Shown here piece by piece: positions 1-8,320 of a stretch of DNA of 32,000 nucleotides. Location of the stretch: positions 540,001-572,000 of the forward strand of contig NC_007335.2 in NCBI RefSeq assembly GCF_000012465.1. The letters are read 5' to 3'. The notes under the pieces are model-generated. The model was given only the letters and a program-made list of their open reading frames with translations. It was not told the origin of the DNA and did not search any database. The stretch is from Prochlorococcus marinus str. NATL2A. GTDB lineage: Bacteria > Cyanobacteriota > Cyanobacteriia > PCC-6307 > Cyanobiaceae. Position 1 is the stretch's first letter, and every line of letters begins with the position of its first letter. The translations under genes and the position numbers were made by a program.

Positions 1-1262
1 AATCTAATAATTATTGCGGAGGCGTTAACCCTTCACCCTCAAAAATTGGCTATAGCCAGACTATTGATGGTCAAAAAGTCAGTGGAACAATGACAGGAAG
101 GTCCGCTTTAGTTACTGGAAATGAAGCCGGATCAAATAAAGGTTTAACTGGCGATCAGTATTTAGGATCTGATCCACTACCTTCTGGTAGACCAGCAGAA
201 AAGGTTGGCTCACTAACGACAATTCGCGGGAACGGAGTAACTGGTACCGATGTCTCTAGAAGAGAGAACGTTACAGGTAATGAGGCTGGTAGTTGTAAGA
301 ACGTGACTGGAGATGAGTATGTGGGTGCTGGGCAATTTGATTCTTTTTGTGGAAGCAAGCCTGCTCCTGATCCAGCAAAAGTTGGTCTAAGTATTACCAA
401 TAAAACTCAATCAGTTAGTGGAACTATGACAGGTAGATCGCATCTCGTAACAGGAGATGAACCTGGTACATGTAAAGCAGTAACAGGTACTCCCTATGCA
501 GGATTAGATCAGGCAAATCAATGGTGTGACAATTCTGCATCATCTGAGGTAGAGGCTAGAACTCCTAGGAAAACTGGTACTCCTGGAGCAAGATTGACTG
601 GTCAGCAGCCAGGTATAGGCGGAAAAATGACAGGTGCTCATAAAGGCGCTTGTGAGCCTTTAACTGGAACTCCTTATGTAGGAGGCGATCAACTAGCAGA
701 CAATTGTGGTATTTCAACTTCTCCCGAAGGTTATGCTCATCAGGAAACTACTGAAAAAGCAGCTGCATGGACAAGTTTCAGTGTGAAATCTCCTGCAAGG
801 CAAGCACACATTCAAAATGAAATTAATGCAGGTGTCACCGGTACGAGTTACGAAGATAGTTCAAGAATTACTGGTCCATTCGACATGGCTGCAAACAAAG
901 TGACAGGTACTGAACAATTTCGCTTTGACAGAAAACCATCAAACTCTACAAATAATAAAGTTGATCAAATAGTTAATGAAGAATCTAAGCAACGCCCAAC
1001 CTCACAAATAACAGGAGAAGGACAATCCGCAGGATTGAATATAACTGGTGATGATTGGGCTAGAGGAGAGCATGTCACTGGAACAGAAGGGGCATCTGCT
1101 AAGCGTAGAAATCCTTCTCGTCCAGGACCAATGAGTGCAATGAATGCAGCTGAATTAAAAAGAAACCAAGAGGTTCCCGAACCAGACTTCCTGATCACTG
1201 GTTCTAGTGGCAATACAAGGGATGGCCAATTGGTTACTTTCTCTGGTGGAGCAAGAGGTTAA
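1..1262 (+). CDS. csoS2: Alpha-carboxysome scaffold protein CsoS2, 3' portion (gene starts upstream of the window)
   Basis: The frame is open from nt 3 to the TAA at 1260-1262. There is no stop upstream of the ATG at 90, so the track start is a window-edge artefact. The translation is the typical Gly/Thr-rich repeat protein with recurring [VIL]TG motifs and Cys-containing repeats. It lies directly 5' of csoSCA, csoS4A and csoS4B. Confidence 0.9.
   Translation, partial: SNNYCGGVNPSPSKIGYSQTIDGQKVSGTMTGRSALVTGNEAGSNKGLTGDQYLGSDPLPSGRPAEKVGSLTTIRGNGVTGTDVSRRENVTGNEAGSCKNVTGDEYVGAGQFDSFCGSKPAPDPAKVGLSITNKTQSVSGTMTGRSHLVTGDEPGTCKAVTGTPYAGLDQANQWCDNSASSEVEARTPRKTGTPGARLTGQQPGIGGKMTGAHKGACEPLTGTPYVGGDQLADNCGISTSPEGYAHQETTEKAAAWTSFSVKSPARQAHIQNEINAGVTGTSYEDSSRITGPFDMAANKVTGTEQFRFDRKPSNSTNNKVDQIVNEESKQRPTSQITGEGQSAGLNITGDDWARGEHVTGTEGASAKRRNPSRPGPMSAMNAAELKRNQEVPEPDFLITGSSGNTRDGQLVTFSGGARG
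90..710 (+). repeat. Four ~55-codon in-frame repeats within csoS2 (middle-region type)
   Basis: Units start near aa 1, 48, 112 and 168 of the tracked ORF. They share xVTG(N/D)E(A/P)G(S/T)(N/C)K-x-(L/V)TG(D/T)xY(L/V/A)G, for example LVTGNEAGSNKGLTGDQYLG, NVTGNEAGSCKNVTGDEYVG, LVTGDEPGTCKAVTGTPYAG and KMTGAHKGACEPLTGTPYVG. Confidence 0.7.
828..1259 (+). repeat. C-terminal [VI]TG triplet repeats of csoS2
   Basis: Recurring GVTGTSYE..ITGPFD..KVTGTEQF, QITGEGQS..NITGDDW..HVTGTEGA and LITGSSGN motifs, ending in ..VTFSGGARG at the C-terminus. Confidence 0.55.
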
Positions 1263-1269
1263 ATAGTCA

Positions 1270-2829
1270 ATGGCCTATCGTAATTTGGCCAAGAAATCTC
1301 GTCGTGGGCCTACAGCTCCTATGAAGAGGTTTATCGACCTAGAGACAAAGAATTTGAATTCTGAAGTTATTAAAACTACTAATTCTTTCTCCGATGAAAT
1401 AAAAACTATTAGCTCTTTTTCTACTGATCATCCCTTAACCAATTCTCAGGAAAACCAGAAGTTAAATCAATACGAAAATAAGGTTAAAGGTCGATTTGAC
1501 AATATTGTTCCTCTTTTAAAAAGAGTATCTAGTCTTCAAAATGATTTGAATTTTGTAGAAAGAGCTCAAAATTTATGTCGATCAGAATTAGGTTATGAGT
1601 TGCCATTGCATATACTTGAAAAGGCGTGGGTTGGAAGTATAGACATAAGTGCCTTGTTTGCATGGTGTGTTTTTCAGTCACACCAATTAACGAGTAATGA
1701 ATTTTTTAATTCAGATCCAATAGAGGGATCTGAAAATAGTCAATATGCTAAATCTTTTCAGTCATTTCTCTATCAATGTGGGTTTCATCTTTTAGATATA
1801 ACTCCTTGTGCAGATGGTCGATTAGCTCATGCTATTTCTTATGCATTACGTATACCTTTTAGCTCTGTTAGGAGGCGTTCTCATGCAGGTGCACTATTTG
1901 ATATTGAAAAAACAGTTAATCGTTGGATTAAAACCGAACATAGTAGATATAGAGAGTCAACTCCGAATTCTGCAACTGAGCCAACAAGATATTTAAAATC
2001 AGTAATCTATCATTTTAGTTCTGTTGATCCTACACACCAAGGATGTGCTGCTCATGGTAGTAATGATGAATTAGCAGCATCAGAAGGCCTACAGCGATTA
2101 TTAGATTTTAGGGAAGCAGTCGAAAATAGTTTTTGTTGTGGTGCCTCTGTTGATTTGCTTTTAATTGGTATTGATACGGATACAGATGCAATAAGAGTTC
2201 ATACACCTTCGAAAACTAATGAAGTTGATTTGAAATCATGGGTTTGTGCAAATGAAATATACAAAGAGACTCAATTTCTAAAAGCTGAAGAGGCTCTTCA
2301 AAAAATTCAAGAAAACATCAAAAGGGTTTGCCCTGGAGAAACAGATCCAAATATGGTTATGTTTATTACCAGACTCATTTCAAATAATATTTCTCAAATT
2401 GATTATGTTAAGAATTTTCATTCCGGAAGCTACCAAGATGCAGGTCATGCTGAGAGGTTTATTGGTGTAGGTATTGGTTTTAAAGAAGTTCACTTAAGGA
2501 ATCTTACTTATTTTGCTCATTTGGAGACTGTTGAACAAGGAGCTCCTGATCTAGATGTCGGAGTGAAAATTTTTACAGGTCTCAATATCTCTAGGAGTTT
2601 ACCAATCCCTATTGTTATTCGCTTTGATTATTCAGGTAGTGTCCCTCATGCAAGGAATAGAGCATTATCTGATTGTCATAGAATTAATGAGGCTATTAAG
2701 TCTCGTTATCGAGATTTAATAGATAATGGTTCACTTCACACATTTCTTACTATTCGAGATCGAGATAAAAAGGCTCCTGCAGAAGTTGTAGGCTCTTCCC
2801 TCGATCCAGTCACTCAGGAGGCTCACTAA
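1270..2829 (+). CDS. csoS3: Carboxysomal carbonic anhydrase CsoSCA (CsoS3)
   Basis: 519 aa, starting 7 nt after the csoS2 stop. It has a beta-CA-like zinc site context (ITPCADGRLAH and THQGCAAHG). Its position between csoS2 and csoS4A is canonical for the cso operon. Confidence 0.9.
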   Translation: MAYRNLAKKSRRGPTAPMKRFIDLETKNLNSEVIKTTNSFSDEIKTISSFSTDHPLTNSQENQKLNQYENKVKGRFDNIVPLLKRVSSLQNDLNFVERAQNLCRSELGYELPLHILEKAWVGSIDISALFAWCVFQSHQLTSNEFFNSDPIEGSENSQYAKSFQSFLYQCGFHLLDITPCADGRLAHAISYALRIPFSSVRRRSHAGALFDIEKTVNRWIKTEHSRYRESTPNSATEPTRYLKSVIYHFSSVDPTHQGCAAHGSNDELAASEGLQRLLDFREAVENSFCCGASVDLLLIGIDTDTDAIRVHTPSKTNEVDLKSWVCANEIYKETQFLKAEEALQKIQENIKRVCPGETDPNMVMFITRLISNNISQIDYVKNFHSGSYQDAGHAERFIGVGIGFKEVHLRNLTYFAHLETVEQGAPDLDVGVKIFTGLNISRSLPIPIVIRFDYSGSVPHARNRALSDCHRINEAIKSRYRDLIDNGSLHTFLTIRDRDKKAPAEVVGSSLDPVTQEAH

Positions 2830-3105
2830 ATGCTCATTTGTAAAGTTCTCAAACCACTTGTCTCAACCAATCGTATTCCAGGCTTTGAACATAAGCATTT
2901 ACAGGTTGTATTGGACGGCAGCTCAAAAAAAGTTGCTGTTGATGCTGTTGGATGTAAACCAGATGATTGGGTTATATGTGTAGGAAGTTCTGCCGCTCGC
3001 GAAGCTGCTGGAAGCAAGTCTTATCCAAGTGATTTAACTATTGTTGGAATTATTGACCATTGGGATCCAGAGACACAGCAACAGATATCAGGAGGAGCAA
3101 AGTAA
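2830..3105 (+). CDS. csoS4A: Carboxysome vertex (pentamer) protein CsoS4A, EutN/CcmL family
   Basis: 91 aa; its ATG directly follows the csoSCA TAA (TAAATG). It has an EutN/CcmL-like sequence (MLICKVLKPLVSTNRIPGFEHKHLQVV...DLTIVGIIDHWD). Confidence 0.9.
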   Translation: MLICKVLKPLVSTNRIPGFEHKHLQVVLDGSSKKVAVDAVGCKPDDWVICVGSSAAREAAGSKSYPSDLTIVGIIDHWDPETQQQISGGAK

Positions 3106-3356
3106 TGGAGATAATGCAAGTTATGGGACGCTTGGTTTGTACACAAAGAGTGGAAGGGTTAGGACATATGCATTTAAGAATATTGTGTAATAACAAAGGT
3201 AAAAGACTTGTGGCTGTTGACCCTGTCGGTGCACGAGAAGGTAATTGGGTTTTTACTGCAACAGGAACCGCTGCGAGGTGGGGGTGCCCAGACCCTAATG
3301 TTCAAACTGATTTAACTATTGGTGGGATTATTGATCATTGGAATCCTGATGATTAG
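3105..3356 (+). CDS. csoS4B: Carboxysome vertex protein CsoS4B, EutN/CcmL family
   Basis: The in-frame ATG at 3105 overlaps the csoS4A stop (TAATG) and gives an 83-aa protein, MEIMQVMGRLVCTQRVEGL...DLTIGGIIDHWNP, paralogous to CsoS4A. The tracked start at 3060 would overlap csoS4A by 46 nt and is unlikely. Confidence 0.85.
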   Translation: MEIMQVMGRLVCTQRVEGLGHMHLRILCNNKGKRLVAVDPVGAREGNWVFTATGTAARWGCPDPNVQTDLTIGGIIDHWNPDD

Positions 3357-3400
3357 CCTGACTGCTATTCAATAAAACTTGATTTTATAAATTCCTAACT

Positions 3401-3949
3401 ATGACTAACTCTTCAAATCGTCGACCAAAAAGTAGTAATAAAACTATTAAGCCTAAAGATCAGGTTGTTGATGTTACTCCTTTGAATTCAACCACTAAAT
3501 CAAAAAACTCTTCAAGGATACAGTCTTCCTCAGCTGAAAAAGCATCTAATACTAAAAGCATTCCTAGTGCTAAAAATCTATCCAATGCTTCCGGGGGTGG
3601 GGGCTCATTTAATGCCCGAATTGGACAAAACAAAGCTTTTGAAACTAAGTCAAATTTTGGAATAGCTCTAGGAATGATTGAAACTCGTGGTCTTGTACCA
3701 GCAATAGAAGCAGCAGATGCAATGACTAAGGCTGCTGAAGTTAATTTGATCGTTAAAGAACTCGTTGGTGGAGGATATGTAACAGTAATGGTTCGTGGTG
3801 AGACTGGTGCTGTAAATGCTTCAGTAAGAGCAGGTGCTGATGCCTGTGAGCGCGTTGGAGATGGATTAGTAGCTGCACATATCATTGCCCGACCTCATGG
3901 CGAGATTGAGCCAGCATTGAGAGGAAGTGGAGCAAAAAGGAGAAGTTAA
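3401..3949 (+). CDS. csoS1E: BMC-H (Pfam00936-type) carboxysome shell protein with an ~87-aa low-complexity N-terminal extension; CsoS1E-like
   Basis: The C-terminal ~95 aa are a canonical CsoS1/CcmK BMC domain (IALGMIETRGLVPAIEAADAMTKAAEVNLI...GGGYVTVMVRGETGAVNASVRAG...AAHIIARPH). The N-terminal 87 aa are Ser/Asn/Lys-rich with a GGGG run. The position after csoS4B matches what I recall for csoS1E in some Prochlorococcus and Synechococcus. Confidence 0.8.
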   Translation: MTNSSNRRPKSSNKTIKPKDQVVDVTPLNSTTKSKNSSRIQSSSAEKASNTKSIPSAKNLSNASGGGGSFNARIGQNKAFETKSNFGIALGMIETRGLVPAIEAADAMTKAAEVNLIVKELVGGGYVTVMVRGETGAVNASVRAGADACERVGDGLVAAHIIARPHGEIEPALRGSGAKRRS

Positions 3950-4024
3950 GTAGTTTTTGATTTATAAATTATTTCTTCAATCAATTCACGATGTAGTAGT
4001 TTTTATAAGAGAGAAGGTTTTTTC

Positions 4025-4288
4025 ATGGAAGGGTGGAGGCAAAAAAAAAGACCAGAGTGTCTAGAAAAAAGATTCGAATTTCAATCTTATGAAAAAAATA
4101 GAGATTTTCTTGATGCACTAGGAGAATATTGCGAGAAGGTTAATCGCTTCCCCGATATAAGTTTTGGCAAGACTTATGCAAATATAACCATCAGGCCTGA
4201 AGAAAATAATGTAAAAGAGGAAATATCAAATGATGATCATGATTTCGCAAGTGAAATAGATTTTTTAAATAAACAAGAAGAAAATTAA
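4025..4288 (+). CDS. Pterin-4a-carbinolamine dehydratase-like protein (alpha-carboxysome RuBisCO assembly factor, acRAF type)
   Basis: 87 aa with a DCoH/PCD-fold-like sequence (RFEFQSYEKNRDFLDALGEYCEKVNRFPDISFGKTYANITIRP). The canonical catalytic HHP motif is replaced by RFP. Its location at the distal end of the cso operon fits acRAF. Confidence 0.7.
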   Translation: MEGWRQKKRPECLEKRFEFQSYEKNRDFLDALGEYCEKVNRFPDISFGKTYANITIRPEENNVKEEISNDDHDFASEIDFLNKQEEN

Positions 4289-4515
4289 TCTTCTTCTTTT
4301 GGTTGTTCTAGGTCTCTTTTGATTAATGCCATCAAGTAGGAGGGGGTTTTATATCTTCCTGGTAAGCAGCGATTTAGAGTCTCTAAGTGGCTCCAGCAAA
4401 CAGTTCTTTGAATCTGATCAGCGGTACGTCCTTGTTGCAAAAGCCTCCTAAGTGCTTTGCAATAAAGAGGGTATCCTGCTTCTAATTCGCCAATGGTCAA
4501 CTTGGCAGTGGACAT
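4285..4515 (-). CDS. Small conserved-looking hypothetical protein (76 aa)
   Basis: ATG-initiated ORF with non-repetitive, Cys/Trp-containing sequence. It converges on acRAF and shares a TTAA in which both stop codons overlap (4285-4288). I recognise no family. Confidence 0.45.
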   Translation of the reverse strand: MSTAKLTIGELEAGYPLYCKALRRLLQQGRTADQIQRTVCWSHLETLNRCLPGRYKTPSYLMALIKRDLEQPKEED

Positions 4516-4555
4516 TGTGTATTGCTAATCAATAATTAACTTAGTCAATAATGGG

Positions 4556-4573
4556 GCCACTTAGCAAAGTGGC
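4556..4573. other. GC-rich hairpin (7-bp stem GCCACTT/AAGTGGC, loop AGCA) between ridA and the 76-aa ORF
   Basis: Perfect inverted repeat read directly from the sequence, 30 nt downstream of the ridA stop on the minus strand. No U-tract follows on either strand, so this is not a classical intrinsic terminator. Confidence 0.3.
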
Positions 4574-4602
4574 AAGGCTCGATTTAGTCATAATGTTGTT
4601 TT

Positions 4603-5010
4603 TTACTTTTTGTTTTCTAACCAAGCGATGCAATCTATCTCAATCTTTCCTCCTTTAGGAAGCTTTGATACTTCAACGCATGCTCTTGCGGGACTTACTG
4701 TTTTGTTGAAAGTTTCTGCATAAATTTCATTTACTTTTGCGAAATCATTTAAATCCGTTAAGTAGATGGTTGTTCTTATTACAGCTGAACTTTTTCCTCC
4801 AGCGGCTTCAACTACAGCCATTAAATTTTTTAGAACTTGTCTAGTTTCTTCTTCTATATTTCCATTCCCGACCATTACACCAGTTGAAGGGTCTAAAGCA
4901 ATTTGTCCTGAGCAATATAAGTAGTTTTCAACCAAAATAGCTTGGTTGTAGGGACCAACGGGCTTAGGCGCAAATTTTGTTTCTATGGCCTCAATCGATG
5001 AACTTTTCAT
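4603..5010 (-). CDS. ridA: RidA/YjgF/TdcF-family reactive-intermediate (enamine/imine) deaminase
   Basis: 135 aa with typical family sequence (PKPVGPYNQAI...YCSGQIALDP.TG......IEEETRQVLKNL..V.EAAG......V.TTIYL.D...F..VNEIY...F......PAR..VEV..LPKG..IEID.IA). Confidence 0.85.
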   Translation of the reverse strand: MKSSSIEAIETKFAPKPVGPYNQAILVENYLYCSGQIALDPSTGVMVGNGNIEEETRQVLKNLMAVVEAAGGKSSAVIRTTIYLTDLNDFAKVNEIYAETFNKTVSPARACVEVSKLPKGGKIEIDCIAWLENKK

Positions 5011-5055
5011 GAATGATTAGACTTTAATGAATAGATTTGATACACAAATTAGAAT

Positions 5056-5850
5056 TTAACATTTCCATCTATCTTTGTGTTTCCTTAGCATTGTAAATTT
5101 CTCGACATTTTCTGCTATTAAAAATAAATTTGTTTTTCTTTCTTCTGAGAGTGTTGATGGGAGACTAGACATTCCCTTTTGAAGTTTTTTTTGAATAAGC
5201 TTTAGTCTTTCGATGATAGAAATATTTCCAGGCTCTAATGATAGGGCCCATTTTAAGTTGCTTTCTGTGTATTCATGAGCTGGGTATATTTCAGTGTTTT
5301 CTGGAAGAGAATTAAGTTTATATAAACTTTCAAACATTTGAACAGGACTACCTTCTAGTAGACGACCACAACCCCCTCCAAATAGCGTATCTCCTGGGAA
5401 TAGTATATTACATTTAGCATTTTGTTTTGATATGTAAAAAGCTATATGGTTGTCAGTGTGACCATGCACTTCGATAACTTTAATCTCAGCATCCATTAAA
5501 TTAAAAATATCATTATCGTCAACCGAAAATGTTTGAAAAGGTATTCTTTTATGTTCTTTTTTTGATGCAACTACCTTTGCCTCTGGCCATGTTTTGATTA
5601 ACTTTTGTGTTCCACCAATATGGTCATCATGATGATGTGTTTGAAGGATAGCTTTTAATGATAGGTTCTTTTCTAAAAGCCATTTTTCTACTGGGCCTGA
5701 TATGGAGGGATCTACTACCACTGCATTGCAATTGTGGACCCATACCCATACGATATTGTCCTGTAAGACATTAATTGGGTGAATAGTGAAGTCGCTTTTT
5801 TTCCCTAACATTGTTTCTTTAGGTAATGGAGTAATTAGAGTCCATTTCAA
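5056..5850 (-). CDS. gloB: Hydroxyacylglutathione hydrolase (glyoxalase II), metallo-beta-lactamase fold
   Basis: It carries the [10 protein letters not shown] metal-binding motif, then HGHTDNHI and [12 protein letters not shown] motifs, and a C-terminal GloB-type helical domain. The true start may be the internal Met at 5811 (MLGKKSDF...). Confidence 0.85.
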   Translation of the reverse strand: MKWTLITPLPKETMLGKKSDFTIHPINVLQDNIVWVWVHNCNAVVVDPSISGPVEKWLLEKNLSLKAILQTHHHDDHIGGTQKLIKTWPEAKVVASKKEHKRIPFQTFSVDDNDIFNLMDAEIKVIEVHGHTDNHIAFYISKQNAKCNILFPGDTLFGGGCGRLLEGSPVQMFESLYKLNSLPENTEIYPAHEYTESNLKWALSLEPGNISIIERLKLIQKKLQKGMSSLPSTLSEERKTNLFLIAENVEKFTMLRKHKDRWKC

Positions 5851-5861
5851 GGGTTTTTGAC

Positions 5862-6524
5862 ATGTTTACTGTTGCATTAGCTAAAGGTGCCTTATTGCAA
5901 GAATCAGTCTCAATGTTTTCTGACGTTGGACTTGATTTCTCTGCTGTTTTAGACGATAGCAATCGGCAATTAATGGTTCCGTCAGCTTGTGGCCGTGCTA
6001 AAGCTCTTTTGGTGAGGAATAGCGATGTTCCTGTTTACGTATCTTATGGTCAGGCGCAACTAGGAATAGTGGGTTTTGATGTATTACAAGAGCAAAAATT
6101 GCAAGTGTCTAATTTAGTTGACCTTGGATTTGGAGAGTGTCATATGTCGGTTGCAGTTAAATCCAGCAGTGGTTATTTGAGTGCTTCTGATCTGCCACCA
6201 AACTGTCGCGTGGCAAGTAAATTCACTAACTGCGCAAAGCATTTTTTTGATCAAATTGATTTGCCCGTTCAATTGGTACATTTGAGTGGATCTGTTGAAC
6301 TGGGTCCCATAACGGGTATGGCTGAAGCAATCGTTGATTTAGTCGCAACTGGTCGTACTCTTAGAGATAATGGTCTTGTAGAAATTGAAGAACTTTTTAA
6401 ATCAAGTGCTCGGCTTGTCGGTCATCCACTATCCCTGAGACTTGATAAAGGGCCACTTCAAGAAATTATTGATTCAATTCAAATCCAATCTCAGACAAAC
6501 CTCCTTTCTGATGGCAAAAAATGA
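5862..6524 (+). CDS. hisG: ATP phosphoribosyltransferase, short form (HisG-S)
   Basis: 220 aa. The N-terminus [10 protein letters not shown].....MF...GLDF and the ..[13 protein letters not shown] motif are typical of HisG. The length lacks the C-terminal regulatory domain, implying a hisZ partner elsewhere. Confidence 0.85.
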   Translation: MFTVALAKGALLQESVSMFSDVGLDFSAVLDDSNRQLMVPSACGRAKALLVRNSDVPVYVSYGQAQLGIVGFDVLQEQKLQVSNLVDLGFGECHMSVAVKSSSGYLSASDLPPNCRVASKFTNCAKHFFDQIDLPVQLVHLSGSVELGPITGMAEAIVDLVATGRTLRDNGLVEIEELFKSSARLVGHPLSLRLDKGPLQEIIDSIQIQSQTNLLSDGKK

Positions 6525-8307
6525 TTTTCGAAGAATTAAGAAACTTGGAAAGTATTTAAAAAGAGAAAAAAAACGTTTAATTCTCATACTTTTAATATTA
6601 ATACCTGTTGCATTAGCTGGTTCGATCCAACCACTGCTTGTAGGGCAAGCTATTTCTGTCTTAAGAGGAGAAGATACAATAGCTTTTTTTAATAATTTGC
6701 CTAAGGAATTAACTATTAATTTTATAATAGGAATATTATTCATAACAGTATTACTTAGGCTTGGATTACAGGGATTTCAGTCATACAATATTCAGTCTGT
6801 AGGCCAGAGATTGACGGCACGTATTAGGAATGATTTATTTGCTCATTCCATGTCATTATCTTTGCGTTTTCACGACAAAATGCCTGTTGGTAAATTACTT
6901 ACAAGATTAACTAGTGATGTTGATGCATTGTCAGAAGTGTTTGGTAGTGGAGCTGTTGGTGTTTTGGCTGACTTTGTAAGTCTTATCGTTATATCAATAA
7001 CAATGATTTTAATAGAATGGAGGTTAGGTCTTCTCCTTTTGATTGTTCAAATACCTGTTACGTTATTTATACTCTGGCTTCAAAAACGTTATCGAAAACA
7101 AAATTATAAAGTTAGAGAAGAACTTTCCCAATTAAATGCAAATTTCCAGGAAAATCTGCAAGGCTTAGAAGTTGTTCAAATGTTTAGAAGACAATCATTA
7201 AATGGTCAAAACTTTTTCAAAACTGGAACTAATTATAAAAATGCAGTAAACGGTATAATCTTTTACGATAGTAGCATTTCTGCGTTTATTGAATGGGTCT
7301 CATTAGCTGCAGTGGCCTTAGTTATTTCTCTGGGAGGTTATATGGTTACAGCAGGGGCGATGGGATTAGGAACTTTAACGACATTTATTCTTTATTCACA
7401 AAGACTATTTGAACCTTTAAGACAGTTAGCAGAAAGATTTACACAAATACAGGGAGGGTTAACAGCAGTTGAGAGAATAGGTGAATTGCTTGAGAAGAAA
7501 ATTGAGATTTATGATCATATTAACCACAAAGCTGAAAATAAAGAATCATTAAATTCAAATAAGACTGTTCTTGGTGAAGTTTTATTTGAAAATGTAAGTT
7601 TTTTTTATAGAGAAGATGAACCAATAATAAATGATCTAAGTTTCAAAATTAAACCAGGCGAGCATGTTGCTCTTGTAGGTCCAACTGGTTCTGGGAAGAC
7701 TACTTTAATTAGGTTATTATGTAGACTTTATGAACCTCAGAAGGGAAACATATATATAGATGGTCAAAATATTAAAAGTATCCCTATCGATTCATTGAGG
7801 AAACAACTTGGAGTTGTTCTTCAAGATACTTTCCTTTTTAGCGGAAATGTTGCAGATAATCTACGTTTAGATTCTTCAATAGATAATCAACGCTTAAAAG
7901 ATGTATGTAGTGACTTAGGTCTTGATAATTTATTGAGAAAGTTGCCAAATGGTTTAGATACTTATATTCGAGAAAGAGGAGGAAATCTTTCTTCAGGTGA
8001 GAGACAGCTTTTGTCTATAGCAAGAGTTGCAATAAGAGATCCAAAAATATTAATCATGGATGAAGCAACTGCTTTTATGGATCCATCTACTGAGGCAACT
8101 TTACAAAGAGATCTTGATAGATTATTAGAAAAAAGGACAGCACTTGTGATTGCTCATAGATTGGCAACAATAGAAGCTTCTGATCGAATCTTAGTAATGA
8201 GAAAAGGAAGTCTTATTGAAGAAGGTACCCATGAAGAATTGAGGGCTTTAGGTGGACTTTATTCGCAACTTTCTGAATTGCAAGAAAAAGGTCTCGCAAC
8301 TATCTAA
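6511..8307 (+). CDS. ABC transporter, fused permease/ATPase exporter (MsbA/MdlB-like)
   Basis: Six-TM-type N-terminal domain, followed by Walker [10 protein letters not shown], signature LSSGERQ and Walker [10 protein letters not shown] prefer the ATG at 6511 ([12 protein letters not shown]), which overlaps the hisG end by 14 nt, over the tracked TTG at 6442. Confidence 0.85.
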   Translation: MAKNDFRRIKKLGKYLKREKKRLILILLILIPVALAGSIQPLLVGQAISVLRGEDTIAFFNNLPKELTINFIIGILFITVLLRLGLQGFQSYNIQSVGQRLTARIRNDLFAHSMSLSLRFHDKMPVGKLLTRLTSDVDALSEVFGSGAVGVLADFVSLIVISITMILIEWRLGLLLLIVQIPVTLFILWLQKRYRKQNYKVREELSQLNANFQENLQGLEVVQMFRRQSLNGQNFFKTGTNYKNAVNGIIFYDSSISAFIEWVSLAAVALVISLGGYMVTAGAMGLGTLTTFILYSQRLFEPLRQLAERFTQIQGGLTAVERIGELLEKKIEIYDHINHKAENKESLNSNKTVLGEVLFENVSFFYREDEPIINDLSFKIKPGEHVALVGPTGSGKTTLIRLLCRLYEPQKGNIYIDGQNIKSIPIDSLRKQLGVVLQDTFLFSGNVADNLRLDSSIDNQRLKDVCSDLGLDNLLRKLPNGLDTYIRERGGNLSSGERQLLSIARVAIRDPKILIMDEATAFMDPSTEATLQRDLDRLLEKRTALVIAHRLATIEASDRILVMRKGSLIEEGTHEELRALGGLYSQLSELQEKGLATI

Positions 8308-8320
8308 TTAGGATTAATTT

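Noticed and set aside
155-1213. Antisense ORFs inside csoS2 (155-400 and 965-1213, minus strand)
   Set aside because: They lie fully within a confidently assigned gene. Their Pro/Ser/Thr-rich translations are the mirror image of the Gly/Thr-rich repeats. No start context or motif is present.
3460-3885. 141-aa antisense ORF inside the csoS1E-like gene
   Set aside because: It is the complement of a well-supported BMC-domain gene. Its Ala/Ser/Thr-rich translation is typical of antisense reading of GCN-rich and GGN-rich codons.
6442-6510. Tracked TTG at 6442 as the ABC exporter start, and ATG at 3060 as the csoS4B start
   Set aside because: Both would create long out-of-frame overlaps with the upstream genes (83 nt and 46 nt). 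Good ATG codons exist at 6511 and 3105 that give N-termini typical of the families.
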